From a virus, in the IMG/VR virus record IMGVR_UViG_3300044632_002025: DNA of 64,000 bases; one strand, written 5' to 3'. The notes under the pieces were generated by a model that was given only the letters and a program-made list of their open reading frames with translations, was not told the origin of the DNA and made no database searches. Of this stretch, positions 24,286-33,097 are shown one piece after another. How positions within the stretch are numbered: position 1 is the first letter of the stretch; the number at the start of each line of letters is the position of its first letter. A program made the translations under genes and the position numbers.

Positions 24286-26058
24286 ATGCCTTTAGAATTT
24301 CCGTCAAATCTAGCCCCCAACTTCTTTCATGTGGATAAACTACCCGATTACGGGCTAAAACTACATGAAAACGAATTAGGACGGGAAATTAGACGTTTTA
24401 CAGAGACTACAGGGAATGAAACAGAGTTAAGAGTTCTTTATACGGGGATGAGGGCTACGGAGGTAAATACTCTTTTATCCTTTTTCAGGGATACAAAGGG
24501 GACATTTGAAGCTTTTACCCTGCCAACAAGTTTTTACTTAAGTCCTGATGAAATCACTAACTCTTTGGCAGGATTAGACGACACAGAAACTTGGCGTTTC
24601 CTAAGACAACCAATAATAAAAACAATTATAAGTGATATTTACCAGACCGAAATAAACCTTATTTCGCTGAAAGAACCACCATCCCAAAGTTCAGGAAATG
24701 TAGTGGGGTTTGTGGAATCAGTGGTTTTAAGTTTAACACCTTCAAAAATAACACTAGCCCCCCTTCTTGTTAGTAGGGTTTTTGATTCAATCCAGTTGGA
24801 TTTTAGCGAGGGGGGTTCAACAGTTATTCCTAGAACTACCGCCCTACTCACTAATTTAAACTTTAGTCTAGCTAGTCTGACTACTTTGGCTAATGCGGGG
24901 GCGGGGGCATCATCTGGCAGTCTAAACTTTAGTCTACCCATAGTGATTCCCAGAATACCGGTGCTTATGGGTTTTGAATCTATAACACTAGAGTTAACAC
25001 AAGGTAGTACAGGTTACTATGAATTAGCAGGATGGGATGAAATGCAAAGCATAATAGTTTCTGGGACTTTTACATCGACATTAAGAACAATCCATCTGGT
25101 GAATACAGGTAGTGGTGTGGCATCCACAACTTTACCCTCAAATGCCCCTGATAATTCAATAATCATCTACTCGGATTATGCCGGTACAAGTAGCCAAAGC
25201 CCCACGGGGTTTGGGTTAAATAGTTTTACCCTGAACGCTCCTGCGGGTCAAACAATTCAGGGGCAAAATAGTAGGGTTTTTAACGTTGAAAACACTTCTA
25301 TTCAGTTGATAAAGAAAGGAACCCGTTGGAATATAGTAGGGACAGAATTGGCTACTGGAAATTCTAGTGGTGGTAATAATTTGCCAGTGGAGTCCCTTCA
25401 AACTCAGAACGGAGGTAACTTAGATTTAAATACTAATCAAGCTGGGAAAATTCTTGCAAATAGTGTCAACACCAGTAACTTTAATTTAACTTTAACTCAA
25501 AATACTTTATTTATTAACGGTTGGTACTGCTATGTAAGAAATGATAGTAATTGTATCATCACTGTAAATCCCTCATCGGGTGTAACAATAAACCATAGTA
25601 ACGGTTTAACACTAGGTCAAAATGAGTTAGGATTACTAATATGTAATGGAAGTAACAATTGGTATTTCCAAAAGCTATCTAACTTTATAAAATCGATTGG
25701 GAACGGGCTTAACTTATCTGGAGCGGGGGCATTAGCAACGACACCCCTTACAGAATCCATGGATGGGCAAATTGACTCCCCATCAAACAAAACATACACT
25801 TTAATAGCCAGTGCTAGATATGGTTTCACTATTGAAAACTTAACAGTCTTTACTACCAGTGGAACTTGTACTGTTGCCGTCCAAATTAATGGGGTAAATG
25901 TAGGGGCATTAAGTGGTATTAACGTGACTAGCTCTAGTCAAACTGTTAATAGTACGACGGCCAAGACAGTAACCACGGGACAACGAGTAACCTTCGTGGT
26001 ATCTAGTAACAGTAGTGCTAGTGAATTGGTTTTCTCTCTAGGAACCCTGAGAACTTAG
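24286..26058 (+). CDS. tail protein with gpM-like N-terminal module fused to a ~460-aa extension
   Basis: The first ~130 aa (FPSNLAPNF...LPDYGLKL...GREIRRF...LRVLYTGMRATEVNTLLSFFRDTKGTFEAFTLP...WRF...IYQTEINLISL) are paralogous to 26527, 31356 and the N-terminus of 31787. Confidence 0.55.
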   Translation: MPLEFPSNLAPNFFHVDKLPDYGLKLHENELGREIRRFTETTGNETELRVLYTGMRATEVNTLLSFFRDTKGTFEAFTLPTSFYLSPDEITNSLAGLDDTETWRFLRQPIIKTIISDIYQTEINLISLKEPPSQSSGNVVGFVESVVLSLTPSKITLAPLLVSRVFDSIQLDFSEGGSTVIPRTTALLTNLNFSLASLTTLANAGAGASSGSLNFSLPIVIPRIPVLMGFESITLELTQGSTGYYELAGWDEMQSIIVSGTFTSTLRTIHLVNTGSGVASTTLPSNAPDNSIIIYSDYAGTSSQSPTGFGLNSFTLNAPAGQTIQGQNSRVFNVENTSIQLIKKGTRWNIVGTELATGNSSGGNNLPVESLQTQNGGNLDLNTNQAGKILANSVNTSNFNLTLTQNTLFINGWYCYVRNDSNCIITVNPSSGVTINHSNGLTLGQNELGLLICNGSNNWYFQKLSNFIKSIGNGLNLSGAGALATTPLTESMDGQIDSPSNKTYTLIASARYGFTIENLTVFTTSGTCTVAVQINGVNVGALSGINVTSSSQTVNSTTAKTVTTGQRVTFVVSSNSSASELVFSLGTLRT

Positions 26059-26080
26059 ACAATAACGCCCAAACTAAGTC
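26059..26080 (+). promoter_or_regulatory. late-type motif site L7
   Basis: ACAATAACGCCCAAAC followed by TAAGTC. Lies 22 nt upstream of ATG 26102. Confidence 0.5.
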
Positions 26081-26101
26081 TAGTAAACCCGATAAAAACC
26101 T

Positions 26102-26524
26102 ATGCCATCATTTTTATTCAACGATGCTAAAACTAAAATTCTACAAGCGTTACTAGACCTTGATGGGGATACGTTTTATGCGTGTTTAGTAACAGCCAGT
26201 CCTGCGGCCACTGTAACCCAAAGAACCGGGTTGACCGAAGCTACAGGGGGTAATTATGCAATACAGGCTTTAACTGGAAGAATACTGGACAACCCGACGG
26301 CTTCGACTGTCAGATGGACATTCTCAAATCCTATTTGGAACAATTTGACTACTGCAAACTCCGCCCCAATAGTTGGGATGGTGATTGTGAAACAAGCTAG
26401 TGGAAGTCCTGCTACATCCGACCAACCAGTATGTTTTTTAGAGTTTAACACTGCTTTTACCCCAAGTGGAGCCACGTTCCAAGTGGATATTCCAGTTAAC
26501 ACCGGTATCCTAACCGCAACCTAA
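26102..26524 (+). CDS. hypothetical tail-module protein
   Basis: ORF track, 140 aa. Sits within the tail-tip operon. Confidence 0.5.
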   Translation: MPSFLFNDAKTKILQALLDLDGDTFYACLVTASPAATVTQRTGLTEATGGNYAIQALTGRILDNPTASTVRWTFSNPIWNNLTTANSAPIVGMVIVKQASGSPATSDQPVCFLEFNTAFTPSGATFQVDIPVNTGILTAT

Positions 26525-26526
26525 TC

Positions 26527-26919
26527 ATGTCTGGATTTACTTATCCCTCCCTAGTTCCCAACGTTATCGACAACTTAGAGTTGCCAGATTTCGGTGTAAA
26601 GATATACGACAATGATGACGGGTCTGAGACTCGGAGATTCGTTCATCAAACAGGGAACCATACCAAAATATTGTTAAAATATGAGGGGAGAAGTGAAATT
26701 GAAGTTTCGTCTCTAATCAATTTTTGGGGTCTGGTTAAGGGTATGAAGGAGGCCTTCATACTCCCTGAAGGAATTAATCGTCACCCTAGTGCTTACCAAT
26801 CCGGTATTAGCTTATTAGGGGATACAACTCTTTGGCGATTTGAAGCCCCCATTAAAATTGTTACAGTCTTTACAAAAATTTATAATTTTGATGTACCCCT
26901 AATTTCAGTAATTCAGTAA
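26527..26919 (+). CDS. minor tail protein, lambda gpM-like
   Basis: 130 aa. The pattern F.YP...P....LPDFG.......G.E.RRF.......LKYEG....EV..L..FW....G...AF.LP......WRF..PI......IY.F.V.LISV resembles lambda gpM as I recall it. Its position before the gpL/K/J-like genes fits. Confidence 0.5.
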   Translation: MSGFTYPSLVPNVIDNLELPDFGVKIYDNDDGSETRRFVHQTGNHTKILLKYEGRSEIEVSSLINFWGLVKGMKEAFILPEGINRHPSAYQSGISLLGDTTLWRFEAPIKIVTVFTKIYNFDVPLISVIQ

Positions 26920-26920
26920 C

Positions 26921-26940
26921 GATAACGCCCAGACTATAGA
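26921..26940 (+). promoter_or_regulatory. late-type motif site L8
   Basis: GATAACGCCCAGAC followed by TATAGA. Confidence 0.4.
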
Positions 26941-26948
26941 AAAGTTGA

Positions 26949-27449
26949 GTGATAAAACTGATGACAGCCCAAGCCCCACACTTATCACCTGAACATTTCT
27001 ATGGAAGATTGGTGTATCTGAAAACAAAGGAAGGTACAGAATACTACTTTCAGAATTTTCAGACAGCCCCCTACAGCTTTGAAGGGGAGAATTATCTCTA
27101 TCTTCCTTTCAGTATGTTATCTAGTAAAGAAGATTTGGAGATAAGTTCGTCTTCAGTGGAGATAATGTTGGCCAACACTGAAACACTCAGAAACTTATTA
27201 AGGGAGACTGATATTAGAGGGTGTAGGCTTAGAGTATACACAATCTTTCCCGAAGAAGAAGGGGCTATTTATGAAACACAAAATACCCGAATATCTTCCT
27301 ACTCTTTTCAAAAGGGAGTAGTCAGTGTCAGTTGTCGTTCCCCTGTAGATGCCATTTCTAATCAAATACCCTCTAAAGTATTTGACCCAGAAGTGTTCCC
27401 AGAGCTACCGTATGTGAACAGTGTAAAAACTAACTATAGACCCTTATAA
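26949..27449 (+). CDS. minor tail protein, lambda gpL-like
   Basis: 166 aa, placed between the gpM-like and NlpC/P60 genes. Start is GTG 26949 or ATG 26961. The call rests on synteny plus loose motif memory. Confidence 0.45.
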   Translation: MIKLMTAQAPHLSPEHFYGRLVYLKTKEGTEYYFQNFQTAPYSFEGENYLYLPFSMLSSKEDLEISSSSVEIMLANTETLRNLLRETDIRGCRLRVYTIFPEEEGAIYETQNTRISSYSFQKGVVSVSCRSPVDAISNQIPSKVFDPEVFPELPYVNSVKTNYRPL

Positions 27450-27452
27450 ATC

Positions 27453-27896
27453 ATGGAAACACCATATACACCCACTCCCTCAGTATTTGACTTTCAAGGT
27501 ATCCCCTATGCTTGGGGTGGTAAATCCTATAAAGAAGGACTGGATTGTTTTGGATTAACGAACCAAGTCTATAGAAAATTTAATTGTGAGCAGATTAATG
27601 GTTATGATTGGGTCTATGGGGAGTATGGCTCTGATTCTGATTTACCTACTGGTAAATTGGCGGAACTTTGTGATACTCTGGAACGAGAAGAAAGCCAAGT
27701 AATATCAACTTTAGACCTGGTTCTTATTGATTGGTGGGGTAAACACGGTTTAGGAGTTATTGTAGAACACATGAACCAAAAATATGTGGTATATACAGGG
27801 AGTGCTGGTACTGGAACTAGCGCATTTATCCCCCTTAGAAGAATTAAACAACGAATAGTTAAATCTTGGAAATGTGTTAAGGGGGGCGGAAAGTGA
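27453..27896 (+). CDS. NlpC/P60-family tail protein (lambda gpK-like)
   Basis: GIPYAWGGKSYKEGLDCFGLTNQVY contains the NlpC/P60 catalytic-Cys motif context (xDCSG-like). Confidence 0.65.
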   Translation: METPYTPTPSVFDFQGIPYAWGGKSYKEGLDCFGLTNQVYRKFNCEQINGYDWVYGEYGSDSDLPTGKLAELCDTLEREESQVISTLDLVLIDWWGKHGLGVIVEHMNQKYVVYTGSAGTGTSAFIPLRRIKQRIVKSWKCVKGGGK

Positions 27897-29506
27897 TTAA
27901 CCCTGAGAAAAATTTTCAAGACTTCTTTTTTAGTCTAAGTTTAAAAACAGAGTCTAAACTTGCCAATGTTCCCGTGTCCGTGGTTAGTGAAGATTTAAAA
28001 ATTTATAATGGGAGAATGGGTGGAGCAATTGCTCTGGGTATTGTAGGGGGGGCAATCGGGTTTTTCACGGGGGGTACAAGTTTCCTTTTCACCGGTTTAA
28101 CTCTAGGATTTGCTCTGGGTTCTGCCTTATTTGGCTCAGAGCCTAAAAAGAAGAAAAAACCCCGTGCGCCTAGTTCTTCTTTTTCCTCCATGTCTGGGGA
28201 TGATATAGCAATACAAGGCTCCGCTATTCCAATTATTTATGCTAGTAGAAGCAAAAACCCTAAAGGGGGAGTTAGGGCTACTGGGAAACTAATTGCTTGT
28301 AAAGTGGAAAATCTTGGTGATTCAGCTTATCAGTACAATATTATTGCCCTTAGCTTAGGGGAAATAGGCACAATAGATTCCAGTCTAATGCTTATCGATG
28401 GCCAAACAATAGAGAGATTCTATGCTGAAGATTTAACCTTTAATTATTTAATTGGGACTCCTACTTACTATAATGATGCGGCACAGGGTAGTTTACCTAC
28501 CGAATTTAACTTCTTTGGTCAGTGTATAACTCCTAACACCTATAATCTACTTGGTTCGTCCAGAAGGGCGCAATCTAAATCTACCTCCCAACAAGGGACA
28601 ACGGTAGCAATTAATACTTGGCAAACCTCTAATTGTTATGTTTCTGGGCGCAATGGTAATTCAGTCCTAATAACAAAAAATGCGGGTTCAACAAGTAACC
28701 CCGATGCCTACGCCCAGTCTAATGAAAATGTTAGGGATGGGGGCGGTAGTATAGGTTGGAGTCTAACAAACAATCGTAGGGTAGCGGTAGGTTACGGTAC
28801 TAGGGGTAGTAGCAATATTACTTATGGCATCCTTAACGACATTGTAGTTACCCCCCAGCCTGTCCCCCCGTCTCCCCCTCCCCCCGCCGAACCCCTTACT
28901 GTTACTACTTATCCCGTCGTTTTAATCCATAACGGTTCACCAGTAGCTATCTCCGGTGCAACTTGGTCAGTAAATGACACCTTTCAAGTTGAGTTGGGTA
29001 ATGACGGGGGTAATAAAGTGGTTAAATATAGCCAAAATGGAAATCTCCTAGTGGCGTACTCCGGTGTGAATTGGGGTAGTCTTCCAGCTAAGGGGGTAAT
29101 TTATGATATAGGGACATCCATAAACATAACTTCTTCTGTGGGTATAAGTTTCCCCACTGGTAATTTTGGGGTAGATGTTGTAAACTCTACTCAAGATACT
29201 GCCACACTGGTAGTCTATGAAGATGAGCAAGATTCTATTGAAAATTGGAGTCGCTTCACACCTGCTGAAATTTATGAGGTTAACTCTGCTAGATTTAGGG
29301 TACTAAAGAAAAACGATGCAAGCCGTCAAATCACTATTACCCCCTCAGTCAATATATCAGAAGATGATGACATTTATTGTGTTTGGGAATCTTATTATCA
29401 AACCAGTAAAAAAGTGACCAATATTGTGATAAATTTTGAAGGTATGTTTTTCTCTCGTAGAAAACCGGTTAATGCTGATTCTGGGAAAGCAGGAGGTAAA
29501 AAGTAA
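27893..29506 (+). CDS. tail tip protein: gpI-like glycine-zipper membrane segment plus gpJ-like N-terminal region
   Basis: The GTGA overlap indicates coupling to the upstream gene. GGAIALGIVGGAIGFFTGGTSFLFTGLTLGFALGSALFG is followed by a KKKKKP linker. Then comes GSAIPIIYASR...GGVRATGKLI, typical of host-specificity protein N-termini. Confidence 0.5.
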   Translation: MINPEKNFQDFFFSLSLKTESKLANVPVSVVSEDLKIYNGRMGGAIALGIVGGAIGFFTGGTSFLFTGLTLGFALGSALFGSEPKKKKKPRAPSSSFSSMSGDDIAIQGSAIPIIYASRSKNPKGGVRATGKLIACKVENLGDSAYQYNIIALSLGEIGTIDSSLMLIDGQTIERFYAEDLTFNYLIGTPTYYNDAAQGSLPTEFNFFGQCITPNTYNLLGSSRRAQSKSTSQQGTTVAINTWQTSNCYVSGRNGNSVLITKNAGSTSNPDAYAQSNENVRDGGGSIGWSLTNNRRVAVGYGTRGSSNITYGILNDIVVTPQPVPPSPPPPAEPLTVTTYPVVLIHNGSPVAISGATWSVNDTFQVELGNDGGNKVVKYSQNGNLLVAYSGVNWGSLPAKGVIYDIGTSINITSSVGISFPTGNFGVDVVNSTQDTATLVVYEDEQDSIENWSRFTPAEIYEVNSARFRVLKKNDASRQITITPSVNISEDDDIYCVWESYYQTSKKVTNIVINFEGMFFSRRKPVNADSGKAGGKK

Positions 29507-31359
29507 TGGGTGGTAAGACGCAAGCTGACGCATCCAATTTTGAAGATATTTATCCCTATGGGGTAGCCTTTGATGTATACATACAACCTCTGACTAATGA
29601 GGAAGGTGAACCAATAGCTTTTTCTGAGGGAAATTGGCAATTCTTAAAGACAATTTTTATTAGGGAGAAATCTGAGAATGCTAAACAGTTTAAGTTTGAG
29701 ATTCGTAATCTCCCTTATGGTCGCTACTATGTTAAGTTAAAACCGTATACTACTGCCCCTAGTAGCACATCAAATACCATAAAATTAAGTTGTACGGGGG
29801 AAAATGCGGAAATAACTACCCCTTACACTCTAAGAGGAAAAAATGTAGGCTTAAGGGGGGAGTTCTCATCGCAACCTTCTAACCAAGATATGGCAAAAAC
29901 CATTAACTATGATGAGGAAAAGAGAATAGTATCGTCAGAAAGTGGTGCGCCCATCCGAATTACCACTGTTTCAGAAGTTGTCATACCCTCTGAAATAAGT
30001 AAAATTGCTAACTACAAGGGTGTAGCAATAGTGGGAGTGAAAATAAAGGCCTCTGACCGTATAAGTTCATCACCTGAAGTATCCTTCTTTGTCTCAGAAG
30101 GGAGAAAGATTCGTAATCATCTTCACTATGGGACTCAACAATCTCTGACCCCTTCAAATCAAATTACTGATACTACCGTAGACTATTCAGAAATCCCTGA
30201 GTTAACCATTGGTCAAACCAAAGTAAGAAACTTAGATACTAAACAAGAGGGTGGTGTTACAGCTTTATCTAATAACCGTATCACGGCGGGTATTACCCTA
30301 AACCCAAAAGACCGCTATATTGTTTTTAATTATGCGGCTTCTAATTATTTCCCAGATATTTATGTGGATTGGCTAATTAACCCCGAAGGTGGTTTAGGTG
30401 CTGTTATTGATGGGGATGAGGACATTGATTACTCCTCAATTGTAGAGACTAGAAAATTTGTCCGAGAGAATGGATTCTTTTGGGACGGGGTTATCTCGGA
30501 AACAGAAAGTTTATCTTCTAAAGTAACTCAAGAAGCTGGTCTATCCTTACTCTACCCTTATTCACCTAATGGGTTATTCGGATTGACTATGGAGAACGAG
30601 GATAGATTACCAATAGCAGTTTTTAACTCATCTAACATCCTTAAAGATTCCTTTGAAGAAAGTGTTCTACCTTGGCAAGATACCAGCGTTAACCAAGTGA
30701 TTGTGGTCTATACGGATGGTACTGATAATCAACGCCCTGCTACCGCCGTTATAGCCCGTACACAAGAATTAGATAATGGCTGGGAAAAGTTAAACTCCAT
30801 CACTATCCAAGCTCCTTCGATTACCAATCCTGAACAGGCTAAAACCGTGGCAGGGGTAACTCTTAACTCTAAACGATTACAAGACCGTAACATTCGATTT
30901 AGAACTGCCACTCAGGGTTTATTCTTATCCCCTGGTGAAGCCATTTTAGTTCAACATCAGACCACTGAATTTAGTTATGAACTGTCTGGTTATGTGACTG
31001 AGACGGAGGATTATGATACCTTGGGGCAAACACAAAGAGTTCTTTTATCTCGTTACCCTTCACCATTTATAACTTCCGATTACCGTGCCACAATCCAACT
31101 CCAGACTACCGGTGAAGTTATCACTGATTTGCCATTTACTCTGGAACAAGTGGGTGGTAAAACTTATATGAATCTTAGTGAACTACCGTCGCCCGTATCC
31201 CTGTATGACCCTGTGGTTGTTGGTAGAGATATGATTGAAAATAAAGTTTATCGTATACAATCTCTTTCCATAAGTGAATCAGGAGAAATAAGTATCGATG
31301 CCGTAATTTGGTCGGATAAGCTTTTCGATTTCACTAATCTGGAGTTTATTTTCCAATGA
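29506..31359 (+). CDS. host-specificity (gpJ-like) central tail tip protein
   Basis: The TAATG overlap indicates coupling to the upstream gene. 617 aa. The call rests on synteny after the M/L/K/I-like genes. Confidence 0.55.
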   Translation: MGGKTQADASNFEDIYPYGVAFDVYIQPLTNEEGEPIAFSEGNWQFLKTIFIREKSENAKQFKFEIRNLPYGRYYVKLKPYTTAPSSTSNTIKLSCTGENAEITTPYTLRGKNVGLRGEFSSQPSNQDMAKTINYDEEKRIVSSESGAPIRITTVSEVVIPSEISKIANYKGVAIVGVKIKASDRISSSPEVSFFVSEGRKIRNHLHYGTQQSLTPSNQITDTTVDYSEIPELTIGQTKVRNLDTKQEGGVTALSNNRITAGITLNPKDRYIVFNYAASNYFPDIYVDWLINPEGGLGAVIDGDEDIDYSSIVETRKFVRENGFFWDGVISETESLSSKVTQEAGLSLLYPYSPNGLFGLTMENEDRLPIAVFNSSNILKDSFEESVLPWQDTSVNQVIVVYTDGTDNQRPATAVIARTQELDNGWEKLNSITIQAPSITNPEQAKTVAGVTLNSKRLQDRNIRFRTATQGLFLSPGEAILVQHQTTEFSYELSGYVTETEDYDTLGQTQRVLLSRYPSPFITSDYRATIQLQTTGEVITDLPFTLEQVGGKTYMNLSELPSPVSLYDPVVVGRDMIENKVYRIQSLSISESGEISIDAVIWSDKLFDFTNLEFIFQ

Positions 31360-31790
31360 GCAATCTTTCTTTTCCTGCTATAACTCCTGATTTTATGCGA
31401 GAGATTGAATTACCTCCTTATGGTATCCATATAGTGACATTCCCTGATGGGGGGGAAGTTCGACAAGTCCTATCAGAGCAAAGCACAAAGTCCAAAGTCA
31501 AACTAGAGTTTATTAACCGTAATGCTGTTGAAGTAGGAAATGTGTTAAACTTTTATAAGAATACCAGAGGTGTTTTTGGTAGTTTTACACTACCCCTATC
31601 TATTTGGCGACACCCTCTAGTATTGACAAATGCCTATTCCAATCTCCTGAAAAATATTGTCTGGCGTTTTGACCGTCCAATTAGTATAAAAACCATTAGA
31701 CAAGATGTATACTCTTTTGATACCTACCTAATATCCGTATCGCCTGTAACACCGCCTAACCCCAATAGTTTCCCTGACCAAATTCTATGA
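31356..31790 (+). CDS. gpM-like module protein (third copy)
   Basis: ATGA overlap with the upstream gene. Shares the module signature FPAITPDF...LPPYGIHI...GGEVRQV...KLEFINRNAVEVGNVLNFYKNTRGVFGSFTLP...WRFDRPI...VYSFDTYLISV. Confidence 0.5.
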   Translation: MSNLSFPAITPDFMREIELPPYGIHIVTFPDGGEVRQVLSEQSTKSKVKLEFINRNAVEVGNVLNFYKNTRGVFGSFTLPLSIWRHPLVLTNAYSNLLKNIVWRFDRPISIKTIRQDVYSFDTYLISVSPVTPPNPNSFPDQIL

Positions 31791-33097
31791 GTTTCCCTAA
31801 CTTTCACCCTACAAGAATTGAGGGCTTTACTCTCCCTGATTTCGGACTTCTAACCATTGAAGACCAAGCAGGGGAAGAGCGTAGAGCTATGCAATACACT
31901 GGTGGTAGGGATGCTAAGTTGGACGTTTTTTTTGAAGGGCTTAATGAGTCTCAAATTCTTGAACTATTAGATTTCTATAAAAATATTTATAGCTCTGGGA
32001 GGGGGTTCGGTTTCCCCTCTAACTTTTTTGTCGGGCAAGAAATTTACTATGAGGCTTTGAAAAAATCTCTAGGTAAATTTTTACTTTATTTTACAAGCCC
32101 CCCCACTGTAAAAACTCTATACAGTGGTATCTACAGCATAAGAACACAACTAAAGGCCAGTAATGCCTTCATTTCTGCCCCCTCCAAAATATATGTCACG
32201 TTACAAACTCAAACTTCTGTTAGTGCTATAGCCTCCACAACTTTTGTTGTTTGGAGTCAAGTGTCGGGTTCCCCTGTAACTTTCTCTGAACCTAACAGCT
32301 TAAACACTCTTGTGACTTCTCAAGGTGGTGTTTTTAACACTGTCAACGGACGGATTTTCTTAAAAATAGCATTGGTTGATAACCTTGATGTCTTCAGTCT
32401 TGTGGAGATAGTACCTTCCCCAACCAGTTTCGATGTTTTAGGTGGTCTTAGCTTGTACCCCTCTGTCCCTGAACACCCCTCTAGCTTAAAGGTTTCCCCC
32501 CCTTTAATCTTTTCCCCCGCAGACTCCGAGGAAGCTTACTTCAAACGCAAAATAAATATTGACTCTGTTAGTTTTAGATGGTCTTTACCCGCTCAACCAG
32601 CTTTCTTAACCCACTTTAATATTGAGGTTTATAACAAGCCTAATTGGGAATCTGTAGCTACTACCGAATCTAACTCTTATACTCTCCCCCCTAAAACTAC
32701 TTTTCGTATAGTTTCTAGTTACAATATTGGCGGGCGTATCTTTTCCGTCCCCTCTGATATTTTCTATGTAGACCCCTTGATTCATCTTGATAGCTATGGT
32801 TATGGTTCAGATACAGTTAGCGAAATAAAAGTTATCCCTTCTTTCCTAGAGAGCCGAGTTTTAGATTTATTTAATACTCAAAAGTTTCCAGAGAGTTTTT
32901 GGGATACCACTATAGGCTTTGTAGGCTCAAACCCTAATGAAAACCCTTTGCCTCTTTCCAACAGTTTCATCTTTGCTTATTCTCTTTCCAGTACCAACGA
33001 CTCCCCCACTCAAAGTTCGTGGCACGCCCAAGTTTCTGTTATAGGCGGAATTAAATCTGTAACTGACTTAAATCTAGGTGGGGTAGTAATTGGCTAA
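31787..33097 (+). CDS. tail fibre-like protein with gpM-like N-terminal module (fourth copy)
   Basis: ATGA overlap with the upstream gene. The N-terminus, FPNFHP...LPDFGLLT...GEERRAM...LDVFFEGLNESQILELLDFYKN...GFGFP, is followed by a ~310-aa extension. Confidence 0.5.
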   Translation: MSFPNFHPTRIEGFTLPDFGLLTIEDQAGEERRAMQYTGGRDAKLDVFFEGLNESQILELLDFYKNIYSSGRGFGFPSNFFVGQEIYYEALKKSLGKFLLYFTSPPTVKTLYSGIYSIRTQLKASNAFISAPSKIYVTLQTQTSVSAIASTTFVVWSQVSGSPVTFSEPNSLNTLVTSQGGVFNTVNGRIFLKIALVDNLDVFSLVEIVPSPTSFDVLGGLSLYPSVPEHPSSLKVSPPLIFSPADSEEAYFKRKINIDSVSFRWSLPAQPAFLTHFNIEVYNKPNWESVATTESNSYTLPPKTTFRIVSSYNIGGRIFSVPSDIFYVDPLIHLDSYGYGSDTVSEIKVIPSFLESRVLDLFNTQKFPESFWDTTIGFVGSNPNENPLPLSNSFIFAYSLSSTNDSPTQSSWHAQVSVIGGIKSVTDLNLGGVVIG

